From positions 44,196 to 108,195 of the forward strand of contig CAXFSR010000023.1 in assembly GCA_964005815.1 (NCBI GenBank): a stretch of DNA of 64,000 nt. The letters run 5' to 3'. Below are positions 1-9,175 of the stretch, piece after piece. Position numbers and translations under genes: made by a program. This DNA is from an uncultured Nitrospinaceae bacterium (GTDB lineage: Bacteria > UBA8248). The notes under the pieces are model-generated. The model saw only the letters and a list, made by a program, of their open reading frames with translations. It did not search any database and was not told where the DNA came from. Position 1 is the stretch's first letter. Each line of letters starts with the position of its first letter.

Positions 1-203
1 TTCCTGTTGATAATTACCTTGGCAACGTCAAATCTTTCTCTTAATTGCCTCCCCAAAGCTTCTAAAATAACATTCGCTTGTTCCTTGGTGTTGTCTATCA
101 TCCCAATAATTTTTCCAGACAAATCCTCTGGTCTTTCTGCGAGTTTTATTTTTTTGCTACTAGTCGAGGCTGTTGGATCGATAAAATCATTTATATCTTT
201 CAT
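1..203 (-). CDS. Probable UGSC-family (seleno)protein, N-terminal part; runs off the left edge
   Basis: Not in the ORF track. Manual translation from ATG at 203 (SD AAGGAG upstream): MKDINDFIDPTASTSSKKIKLAERPEDLSGKIIGMIDNTKEQANVILEALGRQLRERFDVAKVIINR. The 'DPT...LA.RP..L.GK.IG.IDN.K' pattern and the upstream neighbour match my recollection of UGSC-type thioredoxin-fold proteins. Confidence 0.6.
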   Translation of the reverse strand, partial: MKDINDFIDPTASTSSKKIKLAERPEDLSGKIIGMIDNTKEQANVILEALGRQLRERFDVAKVIINR

Positions 204-284
204 ACAGGCATACTCCTTTACAATAATTGGGAAATTAGATCATATAACCTGTCTTAAATTCTGTCTAGTTTTTGACTTTATATT

Positions 285-1310
285 TTAACTATCGATTTTT
301 TCAGAAACGGCTCGGCTTGTACCATTCCAACCGTTCATGACAGCGGACATTGGACCGGGTATTCCTCCAGCAACAATAATAAACAATCTATCAGGGTTTT
401 TTACAGAGGGAACAAAAAAATCATCGTCTTCTGGATCTGCATCAATAGACCAAGATTTTATTCGAGAGACTGTGTAGCGTCCAGTATTTCTAATCTCTGA
501 CATAGATCTTCCAGCTTTATCTAATAAAATTTCTTTTACTTTTTCCTTAGAAAGTCCAGCATCTGAACAAATTTTTGCTTGTTGTGGAGAAAAAACAATT
601 ATTTGATCTGTATCTCCGCAAATATTCATAGAACCAAGATGAGACATTGAATCAGCAATACTTCTTAATAAAGGAAGGGGTTCATTGCTCATATCATCCC
701 ATACCGTAATTGGGGCTTCTGCAGCAATTGCAGTGACTATATTTTCATCTTCGGAAAAACCAAGAGTGACAGAAAGTGGTTCCCAGGGACTTTCTGTTTC
801 ATTTTCTGCAATACAAAAAGTGTATCTTGAAGAGCTAGAAAAGGTGCTCATTGTTGAAATTCCAGGTATTCCTGAACCTAGGTTCATCATCATTAGTCGA
901 ATCGCTCTACCAATAGTTGCGTTTGCCCTAAATCCAGGTCCAAAACAACCAAGGCCACCATTTAAACCTATTTCTTTTGAGTAGACGCCGTTTACAAGCA
1001 AAAATGGAGCTGCAGGGGAAAGGGTAGCCTGAAGACCATTTAAATTAAACTTTTCTTTTAAAATAGCACGTACTGAAGCAATTAGTAGATTCATATACTC
1101 TGGCTTACAACCAGCCATAACAGCATGTACTGCTATTGAATAGATAGATACGCTCGAAAATGCAGGTGGAAATTCGCCAACTAATTCTTCGGGAGAGTCT
1201 TTAATAGAAGAAAGCATTCTGCTTACTTTTTCTTCTGTTGGTGGAATTACTGGCAATCCGTCAGACCACTCTTTTTCGAAGAAAAATTCAAATTCATCTG
1301 AGGGACACAT
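285..1310 (-). CDS. Conserved hypothetical protein of the 'W(S/T)DGLPV(I/V)PPT' family, commonly found next to or fused with UGSC selenoproteins
   Basis: Motifs WSDGLPVIPPTEEKV, AVHAVMAGCKPEY, GPGFRANATIGRAIRL, AENETESPWEPL. Confidence 0.7.
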   Translation of the reverse strand: MCPSDEFEFFFEKEWSDGLPVIPPTEEKVSRMLSSIKDSPEELVGEFPPAFSSVSIYSIAVHAVMAGCKPEYMNLLIASVRAILKEKFNLNGLQATLSPAAPFLLVNGVYSKEIGLNGGLGCFGPGFRANATIGRAIRLMMMNLGSGIPGISTMSTFSSSSRYTFCIAENETESPWEPLSVTLGFSEDENIVTAIAAEAPITVWDDMSNEPLPLLRSIADSMSHLGSMNICGDTDQIIVFSPQQAKICSDAGLSKEKVKEILLDKAGRSMSEIRNTGRYTVSRIKSWSIDADPEDDDFFVPSVKNPDRLFIIVAGGIPGPMSAVMNGWNGTSRAVSEKIDS

Positions 1311-1336
1311 AAAAATATCTTTTAGAGTAAGTTTAA

Positions 1337-1564
1337 CTATCTTTTTCTAATCAGGATCCAAGAAAGTATGGTTAAGGTGAACAAACCAACAAGATTATTC
1401 TTTCCGATAACTTTCAAAACCTGTTCTAGATTTCCTACAACATCTAAACCAATAAACGAAAAATCTCTACCAAAAATAATTTGCAAAACAATTGCAATTG
1501 AAGCAACAAGAACACTAAGTTCTAAAACATCTCTTAAGTATCTTTTTAATTGGTTCAGTAACAT
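1337..1564 (-). CDS. Small two-TM hypothetical membrane protein (paralog of 1702-1929)
   Basis: 75 aa; shares LQ.(I/V)FG...FIG.D..GN....(I/L)G...LVGL with the next ORF; SD AGGAG upstream. Confidence 0.7.
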   Translation of the reverse strand: MLLNQLKRYLRDVLELSVLVASIAIVLQIIFGRDFSFIGLDVVGNLEQVLKVIGKNNLVGLFTLTILSWILIRKR

Positions 1565-1644
1565 TTGAATCTCCTTACATCAATTCAAACGAAAAATTAT
1601 AAACTTCCTTAAATAAGTAACTTATGTCAATAAATATACTACAA

Positions 1645-1680
1645 CAAAAATCCCCGCCACAAAAACCTGCGACGGGGATC
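1645..1680 (-). terminator. Rho-independent terminator downstream of 1702-1929
   Basis: Minus strand GATCCCCGTCGCAGGTTTTTGTGGCGGGGAT followed by TTTTGTT. Confidence 0.7.
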
Positions 1681-1701
1681 TTCTTATTCTGACCTATAAA
1701 C

Positions 1702-1929
1702 CTAGTTTCTGCTTCTTACTAACCATATTAAAGTACCTAATGTTACTAATCCAACTAAACCTGCATTTCCTAAATCACCTACAATTTTTGTAATATTACC
1801 TATTGCATCGGCTCCAATGAATGCGACTTGTTTCCCAAAAACAAGCTGTAAAGCTATTGCTAGACCTGTGAGACCTAGTGCCACATCCACAAGATCCTTA
1901 ATCCAACCTTTCACTCGATCCATCATCAT
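1702..1929 (-). CDS. Small two-TM hypothetical membrane protein
   Basis: 75 aa hydrophobic ORF, very strong SD (AAGGAGGAG) and its own terminator. Confidence 0.8.
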   Translation of the reverse strand: MMMDRVKGWIKDLVDVALGLTGLAIALQLVFGKQVAFIGADAIGNITKIVGDLGNAGLVGLVTLGTLIWLVRSRN

Positions 1930-2200
1930 TCAAACTCCTCCTTCATGTACGGGCGATATATACAACTACGTTTCCGTTAATAAGGGCGAAAAATTAAAAT
2001 TTATCTTGGGGATAAAAACTACTTAGGACAATCTGAGCGGGTTAAACAATACTTAACTTACTTATAACTCTATTATAAAAATGATTTTTTACTCTTGCGC
2101 AAGTAAAATATTTAAAAAACTTTCACTATTTGCATTATTGGCTGATTTTTAACGTAATTTTCACAGAATTCTAAAGAATAAAAGCTACAATTTATGCTTT

Positions 2201-2656
2201 TTATAGAGAATTGAAGACTTCTTTTGCGTGACCCTTCACTTTCACATTTTCAAAAACTTTTTCGATAATACCAATATCATTAATTATATAAGTCGTTCTA
2301 AATACGCTTTTAAATTTTCTTCCATACATACTCTTTTCACCATAAACACCGTATTTTGTTGAAACTAAGGCATCTGGATCGGCTAATAAGTGAAAATTTA
2401 ATTCAAGCTTTTCGCTGAATTGTTTGTGGCTAACTTCATTGTCTGGGCTTATTCCAAAAACAACCGCTCCCTTTTTTTCAATTTTTTTTGAAATTTTATT
2501 AAACTCTTGCGCTTCTACCGTACAGCCAGGCGTATTGTCTTTTGGGTAGAAATATAAGACTACTTTTCTCCCTTTATACCTTGAAAGCCTGTGAATTTTC
2601 CCGTACTGATCCCTAAGAGTAAATGCGGGAGCCTTACTTTTTAATTTTAACACCAA
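2201..2656 (-). CDS. bcp: Thioredoxin-dependent peroxiredoxin BCP/PrxQ (1-Cys type)
   Basis: YFYPKDNTPGCTVEA, GISPD, RTTYII; TTG start. Confidence 0.92.
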   Translation of the reverse strand: MVLKLKSKAPAFTLRDQYGKIHRLSRYKGRKVVLYFYPKDNTPGCTVEAQEFNKISKKIEKKGAVVFGISPDNEVSHKQFSEKLELNFHLLADPDALVSTKYGVYGEKSMYGRKFKSVFRTTYIINDIGIIEKVFENVKVKGHAKEVFNSL

Positions 2657-2747
2657 GGAATTTCTCCTTAAAGTTCAATCATTTATACTCTAAAGAGAGG
2701 CTAACACGAAGAAATTCTTTGTTCAAGAACATAAACTTCGAAATTGA

Positions 2748-3626
2748 TTAATTCCCCCAATCTCTAGAATAACGAAAATCTCTATCTATAGTGCGCGGAC
2801 CAATTTTTGCTATTAGAGGAAGCCTTCTTTTGTACTGGCTAACCATTATTAATCTCGAGATGCCTTTCACTAAATTTTCATCAAATCCATCATCGATCAC
2901 ATCCTGGACAGAAAATCTACAATCAACAAGCATATACAAAACGGCATCTGCTTCTTCGTATGTATATCCAAGTTCTTGCTCGTCTGTTTGGCCTGCCCAT
3001 AAATCAGCGCTTGGAGCCTTTTCAACCACCTGAGAAGGAACTCCTAAATATCTAGACAATTGTCGAACTTGCGTCTTAAATAGGTCTCCTAATGGATTTA
3101 AAGCACTGGCCATATCTCCAAAAAGAGTTCCATAGCCCAATAATAGTTCAGTTTTATTAGAAGTACCGACAACAAGGGCATTTAGCATAGCGGAGTGATC
3201 GTATAATATAGTCATTCTTTCACGAGCCATTTTATTTCCTTTTCTAAGCTCGCTGGCATCTTTATATAGCTCAAAATACGCGTCAATCTGTTTAGATATA
3301 TCAACTACCTTAATTTTAATTCCACAAGCTTTCGCTACAGCTCTGGCATCTTCTTCGCTTTTAGGACTGGAAAGCCTGTATGGCATAATAACACCCGTCA
3401 CGTTTTCTGGGCCCATTGCACTCGCAGCTAAAAAAGCAGACAACGAACTATCAATACCACCGGACAACCCCAGAACAGATTTTTTTATACCAACTTTAGA
3501 GATTTCGTCTCTCAAAAAACCTACTAACATTTTAACCGTTTCCTGCTCGTTAAGCTTTAACTTGTTTAAGGTTTCAGTAAACATTATCGATTCCAATTTA
3601 AATTTATTTGCCATAGAAACAACCAT
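2748..3626 (-). CDS. nadE: NAD+ synthetase (synthetase subunit)
   Basis: LSGGIDS ATP-pyrophosphatase motif, [30 protein letters not shown]. True start may be a downstream ATG. Confidence 0.93.
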   Translation of the reverse strand: MVVSMANKFKLESIMFTETLNKLKLNEQETVKMLVGFLRDEISKVGIKKSVLGLSGGIDSSLSAFLAASAMGPENVTGVIMPYRLSSPKSEEDARAVAKACGIKIKVVDISKQIDAYFELYKDASELRKGNKMARERMTILYDHSAMLNALVVGTSNKTELLLGYGTLFGDMASALNPLGDLFKTQVRQLSRYLGVPSQVVEKAPSADLWAGQTDEQELGYTYEEADAVLYMLVDCRFSVQDVIDDGFDENLVKGISRLIMVSQYKRRLPLIAKIGPRTIDRDFRYSRDWGN

Positions 3627-3733
3627 TTACTATGTTACTTGACCTAAATATAAAGATAAAGTTAACTTTCTCGTATAAAAATATTCAAGAAAGCGCGATA
3701 AAGATTTTAGACACTCATTAAAGGGTATACCCG

Positions 3734-4312
3734 ATGCCTCCTGAATTTAAAAAGCTACAACATTTAGCATTGAAAGTTAGAAATATTCAAAACTCTCTGA
3801 AGTTTTATTGTGATATTTTAGGATTTAAGACTACAGAAAGTTATAGACTCGACACAGAAAAGGGCTATCAAGATTCTATTAATTTTATCACTTGTTCTAA
3901 TAAACATCATGTGATTAACCTAGTGCAAATATCTGAAAGTCACAAACCAAAAGATATTGAGCCCCCATCTAATTCTAGAGACACACATGTTTATGGTCTT
4001 CATCATTTTGCATTTGAAGTAAAAAATAAAACTGAATTTAAAAAATGGGAAGTACACCTAACAGAAAACAAAATTAAGATAGTAAAGGGGCCTTTAGTTC
4101 ATAGCCCAACTCATCCAGAAGGTGACGGTTCTTGGGGTGAAAATAGAGCACTTTATTTTTGCGATCCTGACGGAAATGCTATAGAAATTTTCTGTGATAT
4201 GGCAAATATCAACTTTGCTACTCACGAAATTGACGATCTTTGGTTTAGGCAAAGAATTAAAAAAGATGGTTTCGATCCTCTTGAGATTTTAAAACCAGAT
4301 TTGAACATTTAG
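3734..4312 (+). CDS. VOC/glyoxalase (extradiol dioxygenase-like) family protein
   Basis: LQHLALKV, GLHHFAFEV, ALYFCDPDGNAIEIF. Confidence 0.85.
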   Translation: MPPEFKKLQHLALKVRNIQNSLKFYCDILGFKTTESYRLDTEKGYQDSINFITCSNKHHVINLVQISESHKPKDIEPPSNSRDTHVYGLHHFAFEVKNKTEFKKWEVHLTENKIKIVKGPLVHSPTHPEGDGSWGENRALYFCDPDGNAIEIFCDMANINFATHEIDDLWFRQRIKKDGFDPLEILKPDLNI

Positions 4313-5169
4313 TTTTTTTTCCCAGATTGGATTCTATTAAATTCTTTTTGGAACAAAAGGGTTTTTTCATCTCTGTAAGTAGGAGACGCAATACGAGAAC
4401 GTCTTATGTCTTTACTGTCAACTTCTACAGAATATATAGACGAACTAGAGCGTGGTGCTTTTTTAATAGTTTTTCCTTCTGGGGAAACAATACGGGAACC
4501 TCCCCAAAAATTAACTCCATCTTCATACCCAATTCTGTTTGAAAAAACAACAAATTGATTATAAGTGATGGAATATGTCGCAAGAATAGATTCCCAAGAT
4601 CTTTCTATGGCTAAATTCGACTTTGATTTAGCTTGATTCGTGCCCCTGAAAGGACTCGAAGATGGGATAATTAAATAGTCTGCTCCATCTTGAGACGCAA
4701 GAAAAGCGAGGCTCGGGTGCCAAGCATCTTCACAAATTAAAATTGCAACTCTTCCAATGTTTGTATCAAAAGCTCCAATTCTTTTCCCTGAACCAAAATA
4801 TCTGCTTTCATCAAACATTCCATAAGTGGGCAAATAAATTTTTCTATGGATATAAATTAACTTTCCATTTTCAAAATATGCAGCAGAATTATAAAAAACA
4901 TGTCTTGAAGATTCTTCAACAAAACCTAAAACGATTGATATTCCTTCACTCAATGAAGCAATATGTTTAATTAATTTAGAGTTCTTTTTTTGCGCAACAT
5001 CGGGTACAAAATCTTTTAAAAAATACCCGGTCAACGAAAGTTCTGGGAAAACCAAAAGTTTTACATTTTTCTTTTTTGCACTTTTTACCATCGATTCAAT
5101 AATATTCAAGTTTGCATCAATATCACCTAGAAATGGCTTCGTTTGGGCATTTGCTACTAAAAACTTCAA
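4309..5169 (-). CDS. Nitrilase/carbon-nitrogen hydrolase; probable glutaminase partner of NadE
   Basis: Catalytic triad motifs VFPELSLTGY, HRKIYLPTYGMFDE, LICEDAWH; close to nadE on the same strand. Confidence 0.8.
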   Translation of the reverse strand: MKFLVANAQTKPFLGDIDANLNIIESMVKSAKKKNVKLLVFPELSLTGYFLKDFVPDVAQKKNSKLIKHIASLSEGISIVLGFVEESSRHVFYNSAAYFENGKLIYIHRKIYLPTYGMFDESRYFGSGKRIGAFDTNIGRVAILICEDAWHPSLAFLASQDGADYLIIPSSSPFRGTNQAKSKSNLAIERSWESILATYSITYNQFVVFSNRIGYEDGVNFWGGSRIVSPEGKTIKKAPRSSSSIYSVEVDSKDIRRSRIASPTYRDEKTLLFQKEFNRIQSGKKN

Positions 5170-5265
5170 TGAAATCTCCGTAAAAAAATTTAAAAGTAAG
5201 GAAAATTGATTCTAATTCATTAGATTGCATATTAAAAAGAAAGAAATTAATTTTTATTATAAAAA

Positions 5266-6177
5266 TCAATTAAGAATTTTATGCATAATTCCCTCAAGAG
5301 TTTCCTTGGAATAATACTCAATTACCAATAATCCCTTTTGATCGCTTCCTTTAATGCCAACTTTAGTTCCCAACTTCGAGCGAATCTTTTCAATAGCATC
5401 CTCTATAAACACATTATTTTTCGATTTTGATAACTTATTCTCTTCAGCAACACCTTTTTTTCTTTGAGAGTCGTTGCTGGCGAATTTTTTTATTTCTGAT
5501 TCAAGTTGCCGAACAGATAATTTCTCCTTAATAGCTTTTTCGCTAAATTCCATAATCTGTTCTGTATTAATTAAAGAAAGCAGGGCTCTCGCATGTCCCA
5601 TAGTATGCTCTCCGTTGGCAACTCTTTTCCGCACCAACTCAGGAAGCTTCAACAAGCGAATATAGTTTGCAATTGTGGAGCGGTCCTTTCCAACACGCTC
5701 AGCAACCTCCTCTTGGGTGAGGTTATATTTAATCATTAAGTTTTCGTAAGCTTTTGATTCTTCTATTGGGTTTAAATCTGATCTTTGGAGATTTTCCACT
5801 ATCGAGACTTCGAGCGTTTCTTTCTCCATAATATCCGTAAAAATTGCAGGGATTGTGCTAAGGTTTGCAATTTTGGCTGCACGCCATCTTCTCTCTCCTG
5901 CTACAATTTCAAACCTGTCTTCATTTAATTTTTTTAACAATATAGGCTGTATTACGCCATGATTAGAAACTGAGTTTGCTAGATTTATCAAATCTTCTTC
6001 GTTAAATATTTCCCGTGGTTGATGTTTTCCTGATTGTATCTTGCTTAGCTCAATCTGTTTGACGAAATTTAAATTTTTTTCATCAGATTTCACAGACAAC
6101 TCTGAAGAATTGACTTCTTCAGAGTTTGAGACTGACAACAGAGCATCTAAACCACGCCCTAAAGCTTTTTTCGCCAT
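5266..6177 (-). CDS. parB: Chromosome partitioning protein ParB/Spo0J
   Basis: ALGRGLDALL, QPR, AGERRWRAA, ENLQRSDLNPIEE, HTH GKDRSTIANYIRLL. Confidence 0.97.
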   Translation of the reverse strand: MAKKALGRGLDALLSVSNSEEVNSSELSVKSDEKNLNFVKQIELSKIQSGKHQPREIFNEEDLINLANSVSNHGVIQPILLKKLNEDRFEIVAGERRWRAAKIANLSTIPAIFTDIMEKETLEVSIVENLQRSDLNPIEESKAYENLMIKYNLTQEEVAERVGKDRSTIANYIRLLKLPELVRKRVANGEHTMGHARALLSLINTEQIMEFSEKAIKEKLSVRQLESEIKKFASNDSQRKKGVAEENKLSKSKNNVFIEDAIEKIRSKLGTKVGIKGSDQKGLLVIEYYSKETLEGIMHKILN

Positions 6178-7050
6178 TTATATGTCCCCCCTCTTCTTGT
6201 CATTTGAATTGCTCTTTTCATTCAGCCTTATTAAAAATTCTTCGGCTAATTGCATATAAGCCATAGCACCCTGTGAATATGGATCATATGAAATCACTGG
6301 AAGTCCGTGGCTTGGCGCTTCGGCTAATTTAATGTTTCTTGGAATTTTAACCTCATACAGTAGATTAGAGACATGATTCTTAACTTCGTCTGAAACCTGT
6401 TTTGAAAGATTGGTTCTGGTGTCATACATTGTAAGAATAATACCACCAATTTTAGGATTCTTCGAAAAATCATTTGAAAGAGAAATTCTTTCAATTGTAT
6501 TCATGAGACGAGCTAGTCCTTCAAGAGCAAAATATTCCGCTTGCATTGGTATTAAAAGCTCATCTGAAGCATTAAATGCATTTAACGTCAAAAAGCCAAG
6601 AGATGGAGGACAGTCAACAACAATAAGATCAAAATCATTGTGGAAAAAACTCAATATCCTTTCCAATCTTCCAATACGCTCAGGCACATCGGCTAATTCA
6701 ACTTCTGCAGCTGCCAAATCCGATGTCGACGGAAAAACCATAAGCCCTTTAATATCAGTTATTTGCACAAATTTATGGCTCGGGGTCTCATCGCTGATCA
6801 ATAAATTGTATAGATTGTTTTCGCTAGAGGAAGATCCTAGAGAACTTGACGCATTTGATTGAGGATCTAAGTCAAAAAGGAGTACTTTTTTTCCTTTTTG
6901 GGCCAAACAAGCAGAGAGATTCACTGCAGTGGTAGTTTTGCCAACCCCGCCTTTTTGATTAGCAACTGCTACTACATATGCCTTTTTTGGGCCCTTGTCT
7001 TTATTGTCTATTAATCCTGAGTTCTGCCAAAATTCACGATCGCCTATCAA
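6178..7050 (-). CDS. parA: Chromosome partitioning ATPase ParA/Soj
   Basis: NQKGGVGKTTT deviant Walker A, DLDPQ, DCPPSLG, LAEAPSHG. Confidence 0.97.
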   Translation of the reverse strand: MIGDREFWQNSGLIDNKDKGPKKAYVVAVANQKGGVGKTTTAVNLSACLAQKGKKVLLFDLDPQSNASSSLGSSSSENNLYNLLISDETPSHKFVQITDIKGLMVFPSTSDLAAAEVELADVPERIGRLERILSFFHNDFDLIVVDCPPSLGFLTLNAFNASDELLIPMQAEYFALEGLARLMNTIERISLSNDFSKNPKIGGIILTMYDTRTNLSKQVSDEVKNHVSNLLYEVKIPRNIKLAEAPSHGLPVISYDPYSQGAMAYMQLAEEFLIRLNEKSNSNDKKRGDI

Positions 7051-7142
7051 CGAAAATCCTTTATTTTTCCTAAAAATACAAAATATAATGTTTTTGATAA
7101 GAAAAAATTAAATAAAATTACAATTCATTATAAACATATTTT

Positions 7143-7158
7143 TGTTTCACGTGGAACA
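7143..7158. promoter_or_regulatory. parS site 1
   Basis: TGTTTCACGTGGAACA, one mismatch to the palindromic parS consensus TGTTTCACGTGAAACA. Confidence 0.93.
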
Positions 7159-7178
7159 AAAACATCTTTATTTTTTGA

Positions 7179-7194
7179 TGTTTCACGTGGAACA
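7179..7194. promoter_or_regulatory. parS site 2
   Basis: Identical TGTTTCACGTGGAACA starting 36 bp after site 1. Confidence 0.93.
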
Positions 7195-7215
7195 TTTTAA
7201 TAAATTGAGCTTAAT

Positions 7216-9129
7216 CTAGGATGCTTGGTTTTCTTTTGAGTGCGTAGAAAGTCTTTTTAAGTAGACCTCTAAAACAGCTATGGCAGCCGGTGTTACGCCT
7301 GAAACCCTGCTTGCCTGGCCAAGACTTTTAGGCCTGACCTTCGCCAGTCTTTGCCTTACCTCTGCCGTTAAGTGGGTAATTTTGTCGTAAGAAATTGTTT
7401 CTGGTATGGGGACCTTGTCGGCGGATCTAAGCCTTACAACCTGTTGCTTCTCTCTTTCAAAATACTCTTTATATTTTATTTCTGCAGAAACATATCTTCT
7501 GCCTTCATTGTCGAGTGATTCCCATAAATTTTTAAGATTGGGGGCATCTGCGAAGTTTGCTTCGACTAAATCCGTCAAATTTATTTCAGGCCTCCTTAAT
7601 ATCTCAGAAAGCTTGTATGGTTTCTTTAGGGGAGAACTTCCCAAAGCCTCAAGGGTAGACTGGACCTGTGGACTCGGATAGATTTTTGTCGCCTCAAAAT
7701 AATTAAGCATATCTGAAGTTTTTTTCTTTTTGTCTAAGAAAAAATTATAACTCTCTGAACTTACCGTTCCAGCCTTGTAGCCCATTTCGGTTAGTCTAAA
7801 ATCTGCGTTGTCATGTCTCAAAAGAAGCCTGTGCTCAGCTCTACTTGTAAACATTCTGTAAGGCTCTACCGTTCCTTTTGTGACCAGGTCATCTACCAAA
7901 ACTCCTAAATAGGCATCATCCCGCCCTAAAGTAAACTGGGAGTCGTTATTTGCATAAGAAGAAGCGTTTATTCCGGCTATGATACCCTGGGCTGCAGCTT
8001 CTTCGTATCCAGTAGTGCCATTAATTTGCCCTGCATGGAATAAACCATTGATTTTATTGGTCATAAGTGAATTATCAAGATCCATTGGGCAAACAAAATC
8101 ATACTCAACTGCATAACCAGCCCTCATCATCTCGGCACCCTCAAGTCCTGGAATTGTTTGTATTATTTGCATTTGTATGTCCACGGGAAGGCTAGTTGAA
8201 AGTCCGTTGACATAAATTTCACACGTCCTTAATCCTTCTGGTTCTAAAAAGATTTGATGTGAGGATTTCCCTTCAAACCTCATAACTTTATCTTCGATGC
8301 TGGGACAATACCTAACCCCAGTTGCGCTAATTTGACCATTATACATGGGAGATCTGTCTATGTTTTCCCTTATTATAGAGTGAGTAGACTCATTGGTGTA
8401 AGTTATCCAACAGGGCAATTGATCCTGAAGCAATTCTTTTGTTCGAAAAGAAAATGGGAGAGGTGGGTTGTCGCCGGGCTGAACATCAAGCCCTTTAAAA
8501 TCAATGGTTTTTGAGTCTAGCCTAGGCGGGGTTCCTGTTTTCATTCTTTCAATTTTAAAACCAAGATCGATCAACTGATCAGAAAATTCACTAGAAGAGC
8601 CTTCTCCCGCTCTTCCTCCCTCAATTTGTTTTTTTCCATAGTGCAATAGACCTCTTGTAAAAGTCCCCGGAGTTAATACAACAGCGGCAGCATATATTAG
8701 TTCGCCAAACTGTGTTTCAATTCCAGCAATCCGATCGTTTTTTATTACAATTTTTTTTAACATGCCCTGTTTTAAAACAAGGTTTTTCTGGTTTTCAACA
8801 AAATGCTTCATATATAATCGATATTCTTGTTTATCAGCTTGAGCTCTAAGGGCTTGAACAGCCGGACCCTTTTTTGTGTTTAGCATCCTGAATTGAATTC
8901 CTGTTTTGTCTATGGCTTGGCCCATCTCTCCCCCAAGGGCATCTATTTCCCTAACTAGAACCCCCTTAGCAAGACCCCCTATTGCGGGATTGCAAGACAT
9001 AAGGCCAACAGTGTCAAGATTCATTGATAAAAGAAGAACGCTTGAACCTTTTCTGGCCGAAGCCAAAGCCGCTTCGCATCCGGCATGTCCAGCACCAACG
9101 ACAATTACGTCAAAATTATTTTTGTCCAT
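7216..9129 (-). CDS. mnmG: tRNA uridine-5-carboxymethylaminomethyl modification enzyme MnmG/GidA
   Basis: GAGHAGCEAA, MSCNPAIGG, RYCPSIEDK, AGQINGTTGYEEAAAQG, EPYRMFTSRAE. Confidence 0.98.
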   Translation of the reverse strand: MDKNNFDVIVVGAGHAGCEAALASARKGSSVLLLSMNLDTVGLMSCNPAIGGLAKGVLVREIDALGGEMGQAIDKTGIQFRMLNTKKGPAVQALRAQADKQEYRLYMKHFVENQKNLVLKQGMLKKIVIKNDRIAGIETQFGELIYAAAVVLTPGTFTRGLLHYGKKQIEGGRAGEGSSSEFSDQLIDLGFKIERMKTGTPPRLDSKTIDFKGLDVQPGDNPPLPFSFRTKELLQDQLPCWITYTNESTHSIIRENIDRSPMYNGQISATGVRYCPSIEDKVMRFEGKSSHQIFLEPEGLRTCEIYVNGLSTSLPVDIQMQIIQTIPGLEGAEMMRAGYAVEYDFVCPMDLDNSLMTNKINGLFHAGQINGTTGYEEAAAQGIIAGINASSYANNDSQFTLGRDDAYLGVLVDDLVTKGTVEPYRMFTSRAEHRLLLRHDNADFRLTEMGYKAGTVSSESYNFFLDKKKKTSDMLNYFEATKIYPSPQVQSTLEALGSSPLKKPYKLSEILRRPEINLTDLVEANFADAPNLKNLWESLDNEGRRYVSAEIKYKEYFEREKQQVVRLRSADKVPIPETISYDKITHLTAEVRQRLAKVRPKSLGQASRVSGVTPAAIAVLEVYLKRLSTHSKENQAS

Positions 9130-9175
9130 TTGAGCCTTAAATTATTAATAAAATTTGACTTATATCTATAACAGA

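Noticed and set aside
1930..2070. Riboswitch or ncRNA in the leader of the small membrane protein
   Set aside because: No known Rfam-like motif recognisable by eye; kept only as a possibility in the findings.
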